A stretch of DNA of 64,000 nt, taken from a phage. Both the position numbers and the translations under genes were made by a program. The stretch is from NCBI GenBank assembly GCA_022897995.1, contig GCA_022897995.1_4763.1; one strand, written 5' to 3'. A model generated the notes under the pieces. That model was not told where the DNA came from, ran no database searches, and saw only the letters and a program-made list of their open reading frames with translations. Shown here one piece after another: positions 29,795-37,989 of the stretch (positions are counted from its first letter, which is position 1; each line of letters opens with the position of its first letter).

Positions 29795-30364
29795 ATGATT
29801 CAATGTGTATTTGCGATTGGTGACACTAAAATGTCAGATGAAAATTGGGCGTTTGGTTTTAAAGGCGGTTTACCGTGGGGTCGTCCAATCAAAAAGGATA
29901 TGGAAAACTTTAAAATCCGCACTATTGGCGAGGTTGATTTTGCTGCGGTAGTAATGGGACGTAATACCTTTGAAAGTCTGCCTAAAGCACTTTGGGGACG
30001 TTTGAATGTGGTTGTTAGCACCGATACCAGCAAGCCAGAACCGAAAGCTAAAAACGGCGACCAACCTGATGTGTATACTGGAATTGAATTGAAGGATCTG
30101 TTAAAAGCCCTAGAGAAAACGCAAGGTTTGGTAAGTGTTATCGGTGGACCTTCCCTGATTGAAAACGCAGTTGACTTTGCGGACCGTATTGTGTTAACGT
30201 ATGTTCAACGTTCAGGGATCAACGATCCATTTGAATATGATGTTGGTATCTCTAAGGAAATGATTCATGAATTATATTTTGACTTTGCAACAAAAGAAGA
30301 ACATAATTACTTCCTTGATAATTACCTGATCAGCGAACAAATTTTAGAACGTAAGAAGGTGTAA
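29795..30364 (+). CDS. frd: dihydrofolate reductase
   Basis: GGLPWGRPIKKDMENFK and VIGGPSL motifs; start at ATG 29795 after CAGGAGATTATATT; directly upstream of td. Confidence 0.85.
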   Translation: MIQCVFAIGDTKMSDENWAFGFKGGLPWGRPIKKDMENFKIRTIGEVDFAAVVMGRNTFESLPKALWGRLNVVVSTDTSKPEPKAKNGDQPDVYTGIELKDLLKALEKTQGLVSVIGGPSLIENAVDFADRIVLTYVQRSGINDPFEYDVGISKEMIHELYFDFATKEEHNYFLDNYLISEQILERKKV

Positions 30365-30365
30365 C

Positions 30366-30458
30366 ATGAAAATTCTGACAGATTATGAGTGCAAACATTG
30401 TGGTGGATCTTTGATGTTTGCTGGTAGTCGGTGTTTACACTGCGGACGGGAACAATAA
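30366..30458 (+). CDS. very small zinc-ribbon peptide
   Basis: 30 aa with CKHCGG...CLHCG; too short for the ORF track. Confidence 0.25.
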   Translation: MKILTDYECKHCGGSLMFAGSRCLHCGREQ

Positions 30459-30721
30459 TGAAAATCAGTATTATTCGATTATGGTCGGCAACCAATGAAA
30501 ACTACGCAGTAGCAGAAGATTTTTACGGGTTGCAATATCTCTATGATGAATCGAAAGCGTCATGGTTTCCTGTACAAGAAAATAGCGATATATCAAGACC
30601 TGTTACTGTATTCGGTCCAGACGATATTTTTATTAACATTAGCGAGACAGTAGCAAAACTGCGTAAGAAAGCAAAGAAAAAGGGGAAGTGGGATGAAAGA
30701 ATATTTGAAACTGTTGCGTGA
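30458..30721 (+). CDS. hypothetical protein
   Basis: ATG 30458 overlaps the previous stop; 3' end overlaps the td start. Confidence 0.35.
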   Translation: MKISIIRLWSATNENYAVAEDFYGLQYLYDESKASWFPVQENSDISRPVTVFGPDDIFINISETVAKLRKKAKKKGKWDERIFETVA

Positions 30722-31925
30722 TGTTCTTGATAATGGCTGGCCTCGTGAAGACCGCACGGGGGTAGGTACGCTCTCTAAATTCGGCGCAGAGATGCGAATT
30801 GATTTAAGCAAGGGTTTCCCATTACTGACCACTAAAAAGATGGCTACAGCCTCTGTAATTGGCGAATTGCTATGGTTTATGGAGGGATCACTTGACCGCC
30901 GTCGCTTACAGGAAATTACACGCGGTCAGTTTGACGAAGAAGCCTTCGACATTTGGCGTGGCAACTGTCTTGATATGAAAGAAAAGAATCCTTTGCGATT
31001 CAATGGTTATAATGTCGGCAATATGTATGGTATGGCGTGGCGACGCAAACCGATTCATCCACACGGTGAAATCAAAATTAAGCGCGTTAAGAGCAAATAT
31101 ACACATACATTTAAGCACCCGTGGGTAGAAGACTTTACGCCAACCAATGAAACAGAAGACCGTTTATGTGCTATCTGGCGTGGTATGCGTTATGAAGAGT
31201 TTGATTCTGAATATAATCTATTCTTAATAGCAGACCACTGGAAGACTCAATCTAATTTTGTTAATGATGCATATTGCTTGTGGGGATTCCAGGAATGGGT
31301 AGATGATGGTTATTTCGGTTATCTGCTTGATAGTGATTATCTGGGAGGGGATATTTTAGCGCCAGATACCACGATCTTTGCTAGTATGGACGTAGACACA
31401 TCGAGCACTAAAGACGATGAAGAATATGTCTATCGCCCGAAGATTTGGGAAGACCAGTTACAAAACGTGATTGAACAAATTAAAAACAATCCAACGGATC
31501 GACGTATCATCATTGACTCATGGAACGTACAAGGAACACATAATGCTGTATTGGGTGTATGTCATCCGTTCGTACAATTCTATGTCAATGAAGGTAAACT
31601 GTCTTGTATGTGGTTTCAGCGAAGCGTAGACAGCTTTTTGGGCTTGCCCTTTAACGTCGCCAGCTATGCGCTGTTAACTCACATCATAGCGAAAATGTGT
31701 GATCTTGAGGTAGGGGAACTGATTTTCTCTGGTGGAGATACTCACATTTACAAAAACCATTTTGATCAAGTTATGGAACAGTTAAGCCGTGTTCCTTTTG
31801 ATAAACCAACAATTGAGTTGCCGGAATTTAAATCTTTAGATGAGGTATTGACAAAGACTCCGAAAGACTTTAAAATTCACAACTATCAAAGCCATCCAGC
31901 AATCACCGCTCAAATGGCAGTATAA
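30693..31925 (+). CDS. td: thymidylate synthase with a large in-frame insertion
   Basis: N-terminal DRTGVGT, central DRRIIIDSWNV and C-terminal FSGGDTHIY...AQMAV are TS core blocks; about 130 aa of extra sequence lies between them. Confidence 0.85.
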   Translation: MKEYLKLLRDVLDNGWPREDRTGVGTLSKFGAEMRIDLSKGFPLLTTKKMATASVIGELLWFMEGSLDRRRLQEITRGQFDEEAFDIWRGNCLDMKEKNPLRFNGYNVGNMYGMAWRRKPIHPHGEIKIKRVKSKYTHTFKHPWVEDFTPTNETEDRLCAIWRGMRYEEFDSEYNLFLIADHWKTQSNFVNDAYCLWGFQEWVDDGYFGYLLDSDYLGGDILAPDTTIFASMDVDTSSTKDDEEYVYRPKIWEDQLQNVIEQIKNNPTDRRIIIDSWNVQGTHNAVLGVCHPFVQFYVNEGKLSCMWFQRSVDSFLGLPFNVASYALLTHIIAKMCDLEVGELIFSGGDTHIYKNHFDQVMEQLSRVPFDKPTIELPEFKSLDEVLTKTPKDFKIHNYQSHPAITAQMAV

Positions 31926-31928
31926 ACA

Positions 31929-31946
31929 AAGGGGGCGAAAGCCCCC
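31929..31946 (+). other. GNRA-loop hairpin GGGGGC-GAAA-GCCCCC after td
   Basis: Perfect GC stem with GAAA loop immediately after the td stop. Confidence 0.45.
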
Positions 31947-31993
31947 AATATGGAGGATAAACTTGTTCCTGCTAAAATATGAAGTGAGGTAAT

Positions 31994-34237
31994 ATGATTA
32001 AAAATGTTGTTAAGTCTTCCGGTCTGACTGTTCCGTTTGAAAAAGAAAAAGTAATGAAAATTCTGGAAGCGGCAGCCGAAGGTCATAACGTTGATCCATA
32101 TGAATTGTTTGATATGGTTGAACCACTTCTGACAGAAGGTATGTCTACCAATGATATCCAGAAAGTATTGATTAAGGTCGCCGCAGATAACATTACTGTA
32201 GAAACACCTGATTATCAATATGTAGCAAGTAACCTTGCAATGTTCGCGCTTCGTAAATCAGTATACGGTCAATTCCAACCTATTGATTTTTATAGCCATA
32301 TTGAGCGTAATATTGCAACCGGAAAATATGATCGCGAAATTCTGCAAAAGTATTCCCGCGAAGAAGTGGAATATCTGGAGAAATTCATCGACCATAAACT
32401 TGATTTTAAAATGACCTATGCTGGTGCGATGCAGTTAAAAGAGAAATATCTTGTTCAGGATCGCAGCACTAAGAAAATCATTGAAACACCGCAATTTGCG
32501 TATATGCTGATCGGTATGTGCTTGCATCAAGAAGAGACAGAAAATCGACTTGAACATGTGATTGATTTTTATAATGCTGTTGCGAATAAGCAAATCTCTC
32601 TTCCTACTCCGATTATGGCGGGTGTGCGTACTCCAACACGACAATTTAGTTCGTGTGTGGTGATTGAAAGTGATGACTCATTGCAGGGTATTAATGAAAC
32701 CGCAAATGCAATCATCAAGTATATTAGCAAGCGTGCTGGTATCGGTATCAACGCTGGCATGATTCGCGCGGAAGGATCTAAGATCGGGCATGGTGAAGTT
32801 CGTCATACTGGTGTTATCCCATTCTGGAAGCATTTTCAGACTGCCGTTAAGTCATGCTCACAAGGCGGTATTCGTGGCGGGGCAGCGACTCTCTATTACC
32901 CAATGTGGCATTTAGAATTTGAAAGTCTTATTGTGTTGAAGAATAACAAAGGGGTAGAAGACAACCGCATTCGCCATCTTGATTACGGCGTACAGATTAA
33001 TAACCTGATGGTAGAGCGATTCCTTAAACGGGATTACATTACTCTGTTTAGTCCAGATGTTGCGGGTGGCTTGTTGTGGGATCTGTACTTCCGAGATGAG
33101 GAAGGTTTCCGCCAGCTTTACGAAAAACTGGAAAAAGATCCGAGTGTTCGTAAAACTCGTGTTAAAGCCGAAGACCTATTTTTAGCGGTGGCAATTGAAC
33201 GTTTTAACACTGGTCGAATCTATCCGGCGTTCACAGACAACATGAACAATCACGGGGCGTTTATTCGCAATGTAGCACCGATTAAACAATCTAACCTGTG
33301 TTGTGAAATTGCACTTCCTACTAAACCGATGGGTCGTGATGATTCAGAGATCAGCCTATGTACTTTGGCAGCATATGTTTTAGGTAATTTCGATATCGAA
33401 AATATGGAAGAAGTAGAACGCATTGCTATGGTTATGGTGCGTGCACTTGACAACCTGTTAGATTATCAGGATTATCCTGTAGAACAAGCTCTGACAGCCA
33501 AAAAACGTCGCTCTCTGGGTGTTGGTGTGACTAACTTTGCATCATATCTGGCGGATAATTTCTTCACATATGAAGACGCTAACGAGTTTACGCATAAAAC
33601 GTTTGAACGCTTGCAATATGCTCTGATTAAGGCTAGTGTGCAACTGGCTAAAGAGAAGGGTGCTTGCGAACTGATGCACGAAACACGTTATGGACGCGGT
33701 GAACTGCCTATCGACTGGTACAAAAAGACAGTAGATGAACTGGTTGATCCGGTGTATGAGATGGATTGGGAAGAACTGCGCGAAGACCTGAAAAAATATG
33801 GCATTCGTAACAGTACGCTTTCGGCGCTGATGCCTTGTGAGTCGTCTTCTCAGGTGTCTAACAGCACAAACGGTATTGAACCGCCTCGCGGGATTGTATC
33901 GGTTAAAGGATCGAAAGAAGGGCAATTTAATCAGGTTATTCCGAACGTAGAGAATAATGCTGATGTTATTGACTTGCTTTGGACACTGATCAAGAAAGGT
34001 AACAAGCCTTATCTGACACTGGCAGCGATCATGCAGAAGTTTGTCGATCAGGCGATTAGTTCCAATACATCCTACGATCCAAGCACTTATAAGACTGGTA
34101 AAGTCGATATTGCTGATGTATTAGATGATATGTTGTTTGCTCAATATTACGGCCTCAAGACACTGTATTACGCTAACGTGCGTGATGGTGCTGATGGTAC
34201 GGAAGACGCTAGCGAATGTTCATCTTGCAAACTGTAA
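31994..34237 (+). CDS. nrdA: ribonucleotide reductase large subunit (class Ia)
   Basis: 747 aa (T4 NrdA about 754 aa); N-terminal ATP-cone, active-site NLCCEI, C-terminal CSSC...L tail. Confidence 0.95.
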   Translation: MIKNVVKSSGLTVPFEKEKVMKILEAAAEGHNVDPYELFDMVEPLLTEGMSTNDIQKVLIKVAADNITVETPDYQYVASNLAMFALRKSVYGQFQPIDFYSHIERNIATGKYDREILQKYSREEVEYLEKFIDHKLDFKMTYAGAMQLKEKYLVQDRSTKKIIETPQFAYMLIGMCLHQEETENRLEHVIDFYNAVANKQISLPTPIMAGVRTPTRQFSSCVVIESDDSLQGINETANAIIKYISKRAGIGINAGMIRAEGSKIGHGEVRHTGVIPFWKHFQTAVKSCSQGGIRGGAATLYYPMWHLEFESLIVLKNNKGVEDNRIRHLDYGVQINNLMVERFLKRDYITLFSPDVAGGLLWDLYFRDEEGFRQLYEKLEKDPSVRKTRVKAEDLFLAVAIERFNTGRIYPAFTDNMNNHGAFIRNVAPIKQSNLCCEIALPTKPMGRDDSEISLCTLAAYVLGNFDIENMEEVERIAMVMVRALDNLLDYQDYPVEQALTAKKRRSLGVGVTNFASYLADNFFTYEDANEFTHKTFERLQYALIKASVQLAKEKGACELMHETRYGRGELPIDWYKKTVDELVDPVYEMDWEELREDLKKYGIRNSTLSALMPCESSSQVSNSTNGIEPPRGIVSVKGSKEGQFNQVIPNVENNADVIDLLWTLIKKGNKPYLTLAAIMQKFVDQAISSNTSYDPSTYKTGKVDIADVLDDMLFAQYYGLKTLYYANVRDGADGTEDASECSSCKL

Positions 34238-34247
34238 AAAATAAGTG

Positions 34248-34300
34248 TTGACGCGGGGAGAAATCCCCGCTATAATTCAACCATCAAAAACAAGTGAGGA
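34248..34300 (+). promoter_or_regulatory. sigma70-like promoter with inverted repeat in the spacer
   Basis: TTGACG 34248-34253, spacer GCGGGGAGAAATCCCCGC, TATAAT 34271-34276. Confidence 0.55.
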
Positions 34301-34307
34301 TTTTATT

Positions 34308-34475
34308 ATGACCAAATTAAAATGTGTTGCTGTAGATTTTGAGCTAGCTGATAGCTTTGTTGTCGGTGATGAATATGATGCTCGACATGATGGGGCTTGC
34401 TACTACGTTGAGGATGAATACGGCGTAGAATGGGCTATTCTTCCTGATGATAAATGCTTTGAGGTTGTCGAATAA
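34308..34475 (+). CDS. hypothetical small acidic protein
   Basis: ATG 34308 after GTGAGGATTTTATT; 55 aa. Confidence 0.4.
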   Translation: MTKLKCVAVDFELADSFVVGDEYDARHDGACYYVEDEYGVEWAILPDDKCFEVVE

Positions 34476-34648
34476 TGGCTACTGTATGGTTATTGATTGC
34501 AATCAGCAATTCAATGTATAATTACGGAAATATGTCAAGCATTGAATTTGCAACAAAGCAGGATTGCGTTAAAGCTCGCGAGATTATCCGCGAAGACAAT
34601 AAACGCTTTATGAATCTGTACTGTGTTGAAAAGCAGAAGGTGAACTAA
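34475..34648 (+). CDS. small Cys-containing protein, first of a tandem paralog pair
   Basis: 57 aa starting MATVWLL; TAATG overlap with both neighbours. Confidence 0.4.
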   Translation: MATVWLLIAISNSMYNYGNMSSIEFATKQDCVKAREIIREDNKRFMNLYCVEKQKVN

Positions 34649-34815
34649 TGGCTACAATATGGTTATTGCTTTCCGTTAGCGTAGGCTCATATAATAAAGG
34701 AACTGTTACCAGCGTGGAGTTTTCATCACATCAAAGTTGTTTTGAAGCCGTGCAGGAATTGCAACAGGATAACGAAATAAAAAGAAATACTAAGTTCTTT
34801 TGTGTTAAAAAGTGA
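34648..34815 (+). CDS. small Cys-containing protein, second of a tandem paralog pair
   Basis: 55 aa starting MATIWLL; shares Y-N-G-S-EF-C-C-V-K pattern with the preceding ORF. Confidence 0.4.
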   Translation: MATIWLLLSVSVGSYNKGTVTSVEFSSHQSCFEAVQELQQDNEIKRNTKFFCVKK

Positions 34816-34830
34816 TAGTGAGGTGAATTA

Positions 34831-35991
34831 ATGAGCGTATTTAACCGCGAACATGTTGATATTATGAACGAACCGATGTTTCTGGGTAGTGGGTTGGGTA
34901 TCGCTCGCTATGATATTCAGCGTCATCAAGTATTTGAAGAACTGATCGAAAAGCAATTGTCATTTTTCTGGCGTCCAGAAGAGATTTCACTTGCAACCGA
35001 CCGCATACAATATCTTAATATGGGTGACGTTGAAAAGCGTTTCTTTACCGAAAACTTGAAGTATCAGACATTACTTGATTCTATTCAAGGTCGCGCACCG
35101 TCCGCAGCATTTGGTCCAATTGTATCTGATCCAACTCTCGATACATGGTTGCAAACATGGACATTCAGCGAAACGATTCATAGCCGAAGCTATACACACA
35201 TTATGCGTAACTGTTTCATTGACCCGGCTAGTGAGTTTGACCAGATCATCGATAACCCCGCTATCATGAAGCGAGCGGAATCTATCGGGCAATATTATGA
35301 TGATGTTCTTTATTGGATTCGTAAGTATGAGAATGCAAAAGAAGATCTCCGCTATTGGGAAGAACGAGACGACCAGACAGCATTAAATGATGCAAGAATA
35401 TTTTTTGAAGATACAAAACGAGATCTGATGGCTTCGATTTATCTGTGTGCACACTGCGTCAATGCACTGGAAGCAATCCGCTTTTATGTGTCCTTTGCAT
35501 GTACTTTCAGCTTTGCCGAACGTGGTTTACTGGAAGGTAACGCGAAGATCATGAAATTTATTGCGCGTGATGAACAACTTCATTTAAAAGGCACACAATA
35601 CATTATTCGTCAATGGCAAACAGGGGCTGATGGTGATGAGTGGAAACAGATTGCGGAAGAACTTGAAGACGAAGCAACGAAAATCTTTCTGGATGTTGTC
35701 GAGCAAGAGAAAGAATGGGTAGATCACTTATTCGCAATGGGGGCAATTCCTAATCTGTCACCGGAAATTCTGAAAACCTATGTAGAATACCTGGCCGATT
35801 CCCGTATGCGTGCTGCCGGACTGAAAAGCCCGTTTAGTGTTCGTCGTCATCCGTTACCGTGGATGCGTAAATGGTTGAACTCTGACGAAGTACAGAATGC
35901 AGCGCAGGAAGTAGAGATTATGTATCTGGTATCTCAGGTTAATACCGATTTAACAGACGATGACTACAACCGATTCGGGAAATATCTATGA
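34831..35991 (+). CDS. nrdB: ribonucleotide reductase small subunit (class Ia), uninterrupted
   Basis: 386 aa (T4 NrdB about 388 aa); di-iron ligand blocks (SETIHSRSY, RDEQLH); no intron-like interruption. Confidence 0.95.
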   Translation: MSVFNREHVDIMNEPMFLGSGLGIARYDIQRHQVFEELIEKQLSFFWRPEEISLATDRIQYLNMGDVEKRFFTENLKYQTLLDSIQGRAPSAAFGPIVSDPTLDTWLQTWTFSETIHSRSYTHIMRNCFIDPASEFDQIIDNPAIMKRAESIGQYYDDVLYWIRKYENAKEDLRYWEERDDQTALNDARIFFEDTKRDLMASIYLCAHCVNALEAIRFYVSFACTFSFAERGLLEGNAKIMKFIARDEQLHLKGTQYIIRQWQTGADGDEWKQIAEELEDEATKIFLDVVEQEKEWVDHLFAMGAIPNLSPEILKTYVEYLADSRMRAAGLKSPFSVRRHPLPWMRKWLNSDEVQNAAQEVEIMYLVSQVNTDLTDDDYNRFGKYL

Positions 35992-36464
35992 TATATTTTG
36001 TCGATTTAGATTTTACGATCACAGATCCAACACATCGACTAGCAAAGATGCCAACCGAAAATCTTGATAAAGTCGAGTCATGGATCGAATATAACAAGGC
36101 ATGTGGGGGAGATTCCCCCATTTACGATGTAATTCGTGTTATTAATGCCCTTTCCGACAACGGGCATTTGATTTACATCCTCACCGGACGAAGTTCACAT
36201 GCTTACATGGAAACGGTGGAATGGTTGATCGCTAATGATGTGTGTTTCGATAAAATCTTTATGAGAGGTCGCAATGATTCCCGTAAAGACTATCACATCA
36301 AATTAGAGGTAATTAAATCCTTTGATAAAGATGAAGTGGTGGGAGTATTCGAAGATAACCCAGAAGTGATTAAAGTTCTCCGAGAAAACGGCTATCGTGT
36401 CTTTGACGTAGGAAATCACAAAGATAAGACGCGAGCGGATATTGCAAATCACGGTCATGATTAA
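35988..36464 (+). CDS. HAD-superfamily phosphatase (possible deoxynucleotidase)
   Basis: Motif I FVDLDFTIT, motif II ILTGRS, C-terminal GVFEDNP; 158 aa; occupies the position of denA in T4. Confidence 0.45.
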   Translation: MIYFVDLDFTITDPTHRLAKMPTENLDKVESWIEYNKACGGDSPIYDVIRVINALSDNGHLIYILTGRSSHAYMETVEWLIANDVCFDKIFMRGRNDSRKDYHIKLEVIKSFDKDEVVGVFEDNPEVIKVLRENGYRVFDVGNHKDKTRADIANHGHD

Positions 36465-36476
36465 TGTTTGTTCAAA

Positions 36477-36503
36477 GTCGCCCATAGTGGCGACTTTTTT
36501 GTT
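36477..36503 (+). terminator. rho-independent terminator
   Basis: GTCGCCcatagtGGCGAC hairpin followed by TTTTTTGTT. Confidence 0.55.
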
Positions 36504-36511
36504 ATTGGGTG

Positions 36512-36560
36512 TTGACAATCGGATCTTGCCATAGCATAATACCCCCATCGAAACGGAGGA
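36512..36560 (+). promoter_or_regulatory. sigma70-like promoter with conserved leader
   Basis: TTGACA 36512-36517, 17 nt spacer, CATAAT 36535-36540; leader ACCCCCATCGAAACGGAGG. Confidence 0.55.
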
Positions 36561-36564
36561 ACAT

Positions 36565-36783
36565 ATGGAAACAGAAGAACAAGTCATTGCATATTTTCAT
36601 CGTAAAAAGATGAAACTTAGAATCGAAAAACAGTACATCAATCACTATATTGACCGAGTCCACTTAACAAGTACACCTTACCTATTCCGGTTGATAAACC
36701 CTCGAAAACGGTGGGATAAGTTGGATAGAAACACAAAAATAATTGATAAGCTCACCCAATGGTGGAATGAATACAACAAGTAA
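36565..36783 (+). CDS. hypothetical protein
   Basis: 72 aa ORF downstream of the promoter cassette. Confidence 0.45.
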   Translation: METEEQVIAYFHRKKMKLRIEKQYINHYIDRVHLTSTPYLFRLINPRKRWDKLDRNTKIIDKLTQWWNEYNK

Positions 36784-36790
36784 AAAGTAG

Positions 36791-36848
36791 TTGACACTGA
36801 ATAACGGGGGTAGTAATATACCCCCATCGAAAAGAAACAAAGGAGAAT
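36791..36848 (+). promoter_or_regulatory. sigma70-like promoter with inverted repeat over the -10
   Basis: TTGACA 36791-36796, 17 nt spacer, TAATAT 36814-36819; GGGGGtagtaatataCCCCC stem; leader ATCGAAAAGAAACAAAGGAGAATCA. Confidence 0.6.
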
Positions 36849-36852
36849 CAAA

Positions 36853-37071
36853 ATGAAATTTACTTGCACCGACTCTATCAGCAAACACTTTGTAGTAGGC
36901 GAAGTATACGAATCTACTACCATTCGCCAGCGTGACCTGATGGGTCGCCTTTACAATCAGCCAATATTCATTATTGGCGAAGAATTGTTCTACATTGAAA
37001 ACCGTCCGTGGGTTGCTTTCAATAAACGAGGGCGCAAGGTAGCAAAATTCGAACTTGTCATTAAAAAGTAG
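36853..37071 (+). CDS. hypothetical protein
   Basis: 72 aa ORF directly after the promoter cassette. Confidence 0.5.
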   Translation: MKFTCTDSISKHFVVGEVYESTTIRQRDLMGRLYNQPIFIIGEELFYIENRPWVAFNKRGRKVAKFELVIKK

Positions 37072-37137
37072 TTGACAGCATGAAACGGGGGTAGTAATAT
37101 ACCCCCATCGAAACGAAACTAACTTACTAAGGAGTAT
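37072..37137 (+). promoter_or_regulatory. sigma70-like promoter with inverted repeat over the -10, near-identical to the copy at 36791
   Basis: TTGACA 37072-37077, 17 nt spacer, TAATAT 37095-37100; identical GGGGGTAGTAATATACCCCCATCGAAA core. Confidence 0.6.
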
Positions 37138-37141
37138 CAAG

Positions 37142-37540
37142 ATGATTAAATTTCAAACTCGCAAAGACGTTCTGGACTTCGTTAAAGTTTTCGGTTACGC
37201 TGCATTGCAACATGCAATGGACAAAATGACCATCTCCCCAGATCAGACTATGCTGATCCGTATGGTTAAAGCAACCGCCTACAAAAACGACATTACCCTC
37301 TCAGAAATCAACGACGGCAATACTGTCCGCGAGGTAATTGTTTCTTTCGAATCACCGAAAATTGGCGGTTTTCATACCACGATGTTAGGTGAAATCACTG
37401 TCACTGTATACGGGCAAGGTGGCGGAGTGTTTACCGTCAAAGAAGCAATGGAAAACGGAACACTGAACAAAGAAAAACTGGAATTTGTCCTGAAAATCAT
37501 CAAGGAGCGTAACGAAGCTCGCGATATTCTGGAAAGTTAA
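37142..37540 (+). CDS. hypothetical protein
   Basis: 132 aa ORF with SD AAGGAGTATCAAG. Confidence 0.5.
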   Translation: MIKFQTRKDVLDFVKVFGYAALQHAMDKMTISPDQTMLIRMVKATAYKNDITLSEINDGNTVREVIVSFESPKIGGFHTTMLGEITVTVYGQGGGVFTVKEAMENGTLNKEKLEFVLKIIKERNEARDILES

Positions 37541-37547
37541 TAAGGTG

Positions 37548-37572
37548 GGCGGGAGAAATCCCGCCTTTGTTG
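37548..37572 (+). terminator. rho-independent terminator
   Basis: GGCGGGAgaaaTCCCGCC hairpin followed by TTTGTTGT. Confidence 0.5.
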
Positions 37573-37590
37573 TGACGTGAGGAAAGGATA

Positions 37591-37845
37591 ATGATTAATG
37601 AGCTAATAGAAAACTATGGATTCGTTAAATATTCATGTTTAGAGTGTAAAGATGGTGATGTGATTCTACCGCCTCAGAAGAACCGTTTAAATGTTCTTTA
37701 CGCTATTGTGGTTGATGATGAACTGGTATATATATTGGTCAGACTGTTAATCTCAGAAAGCGGATCAATTATTACCGGACTAGCATTAACAGACAGACAC
37801 CAACGGCGGATACTCGCAAGAGTAAGAATATTCATAAGGCGCTAG
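37591..37845 (+). CDS. hypothetical protein
   Basis: 84 aa ORF with SD GAGGAAAGGATA. Confidence 0.4.
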   Translation: MINELIENYGFVKYSCLECKDGDVILPPQKNRLNVLYAIVVDDELVYILVRLLISESGSIITGLALTDRHQRRILARVRIFIRR

Positions 37846-37989
37846 AGGAAGGGAAGACAGTAACATTCTATTACCGCCAGTGCTTTGAGTTATATATTGA
37901 GAATCCAACGGGTAAAGATATTATAAGCACTGCCGATATCGAAGAACCTGTTTTGATCACCAAATTTAAACCAGAATGGAACACAAATT

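Noticed and set aside
30693-31925. Intein or group I intron as the explanation for the long td ORF
   Set aside because: The extra segment has no intein boundary residues (no Cys/Ser start, no His-Asn plus nucleophile end), is in frame with no stops over about 400 nt, and lies at a different position from the T4 td intron; an inserted coding segment fits better. Splicing cannot be excluded without RNA data.
34831-35991. Intron or homing-endonuclease interruption in nrdB, as in T4
   Set aside because: The ORF is a single uninterrupted reading frame of the expected length with both di-iron ligand blocks in frame.
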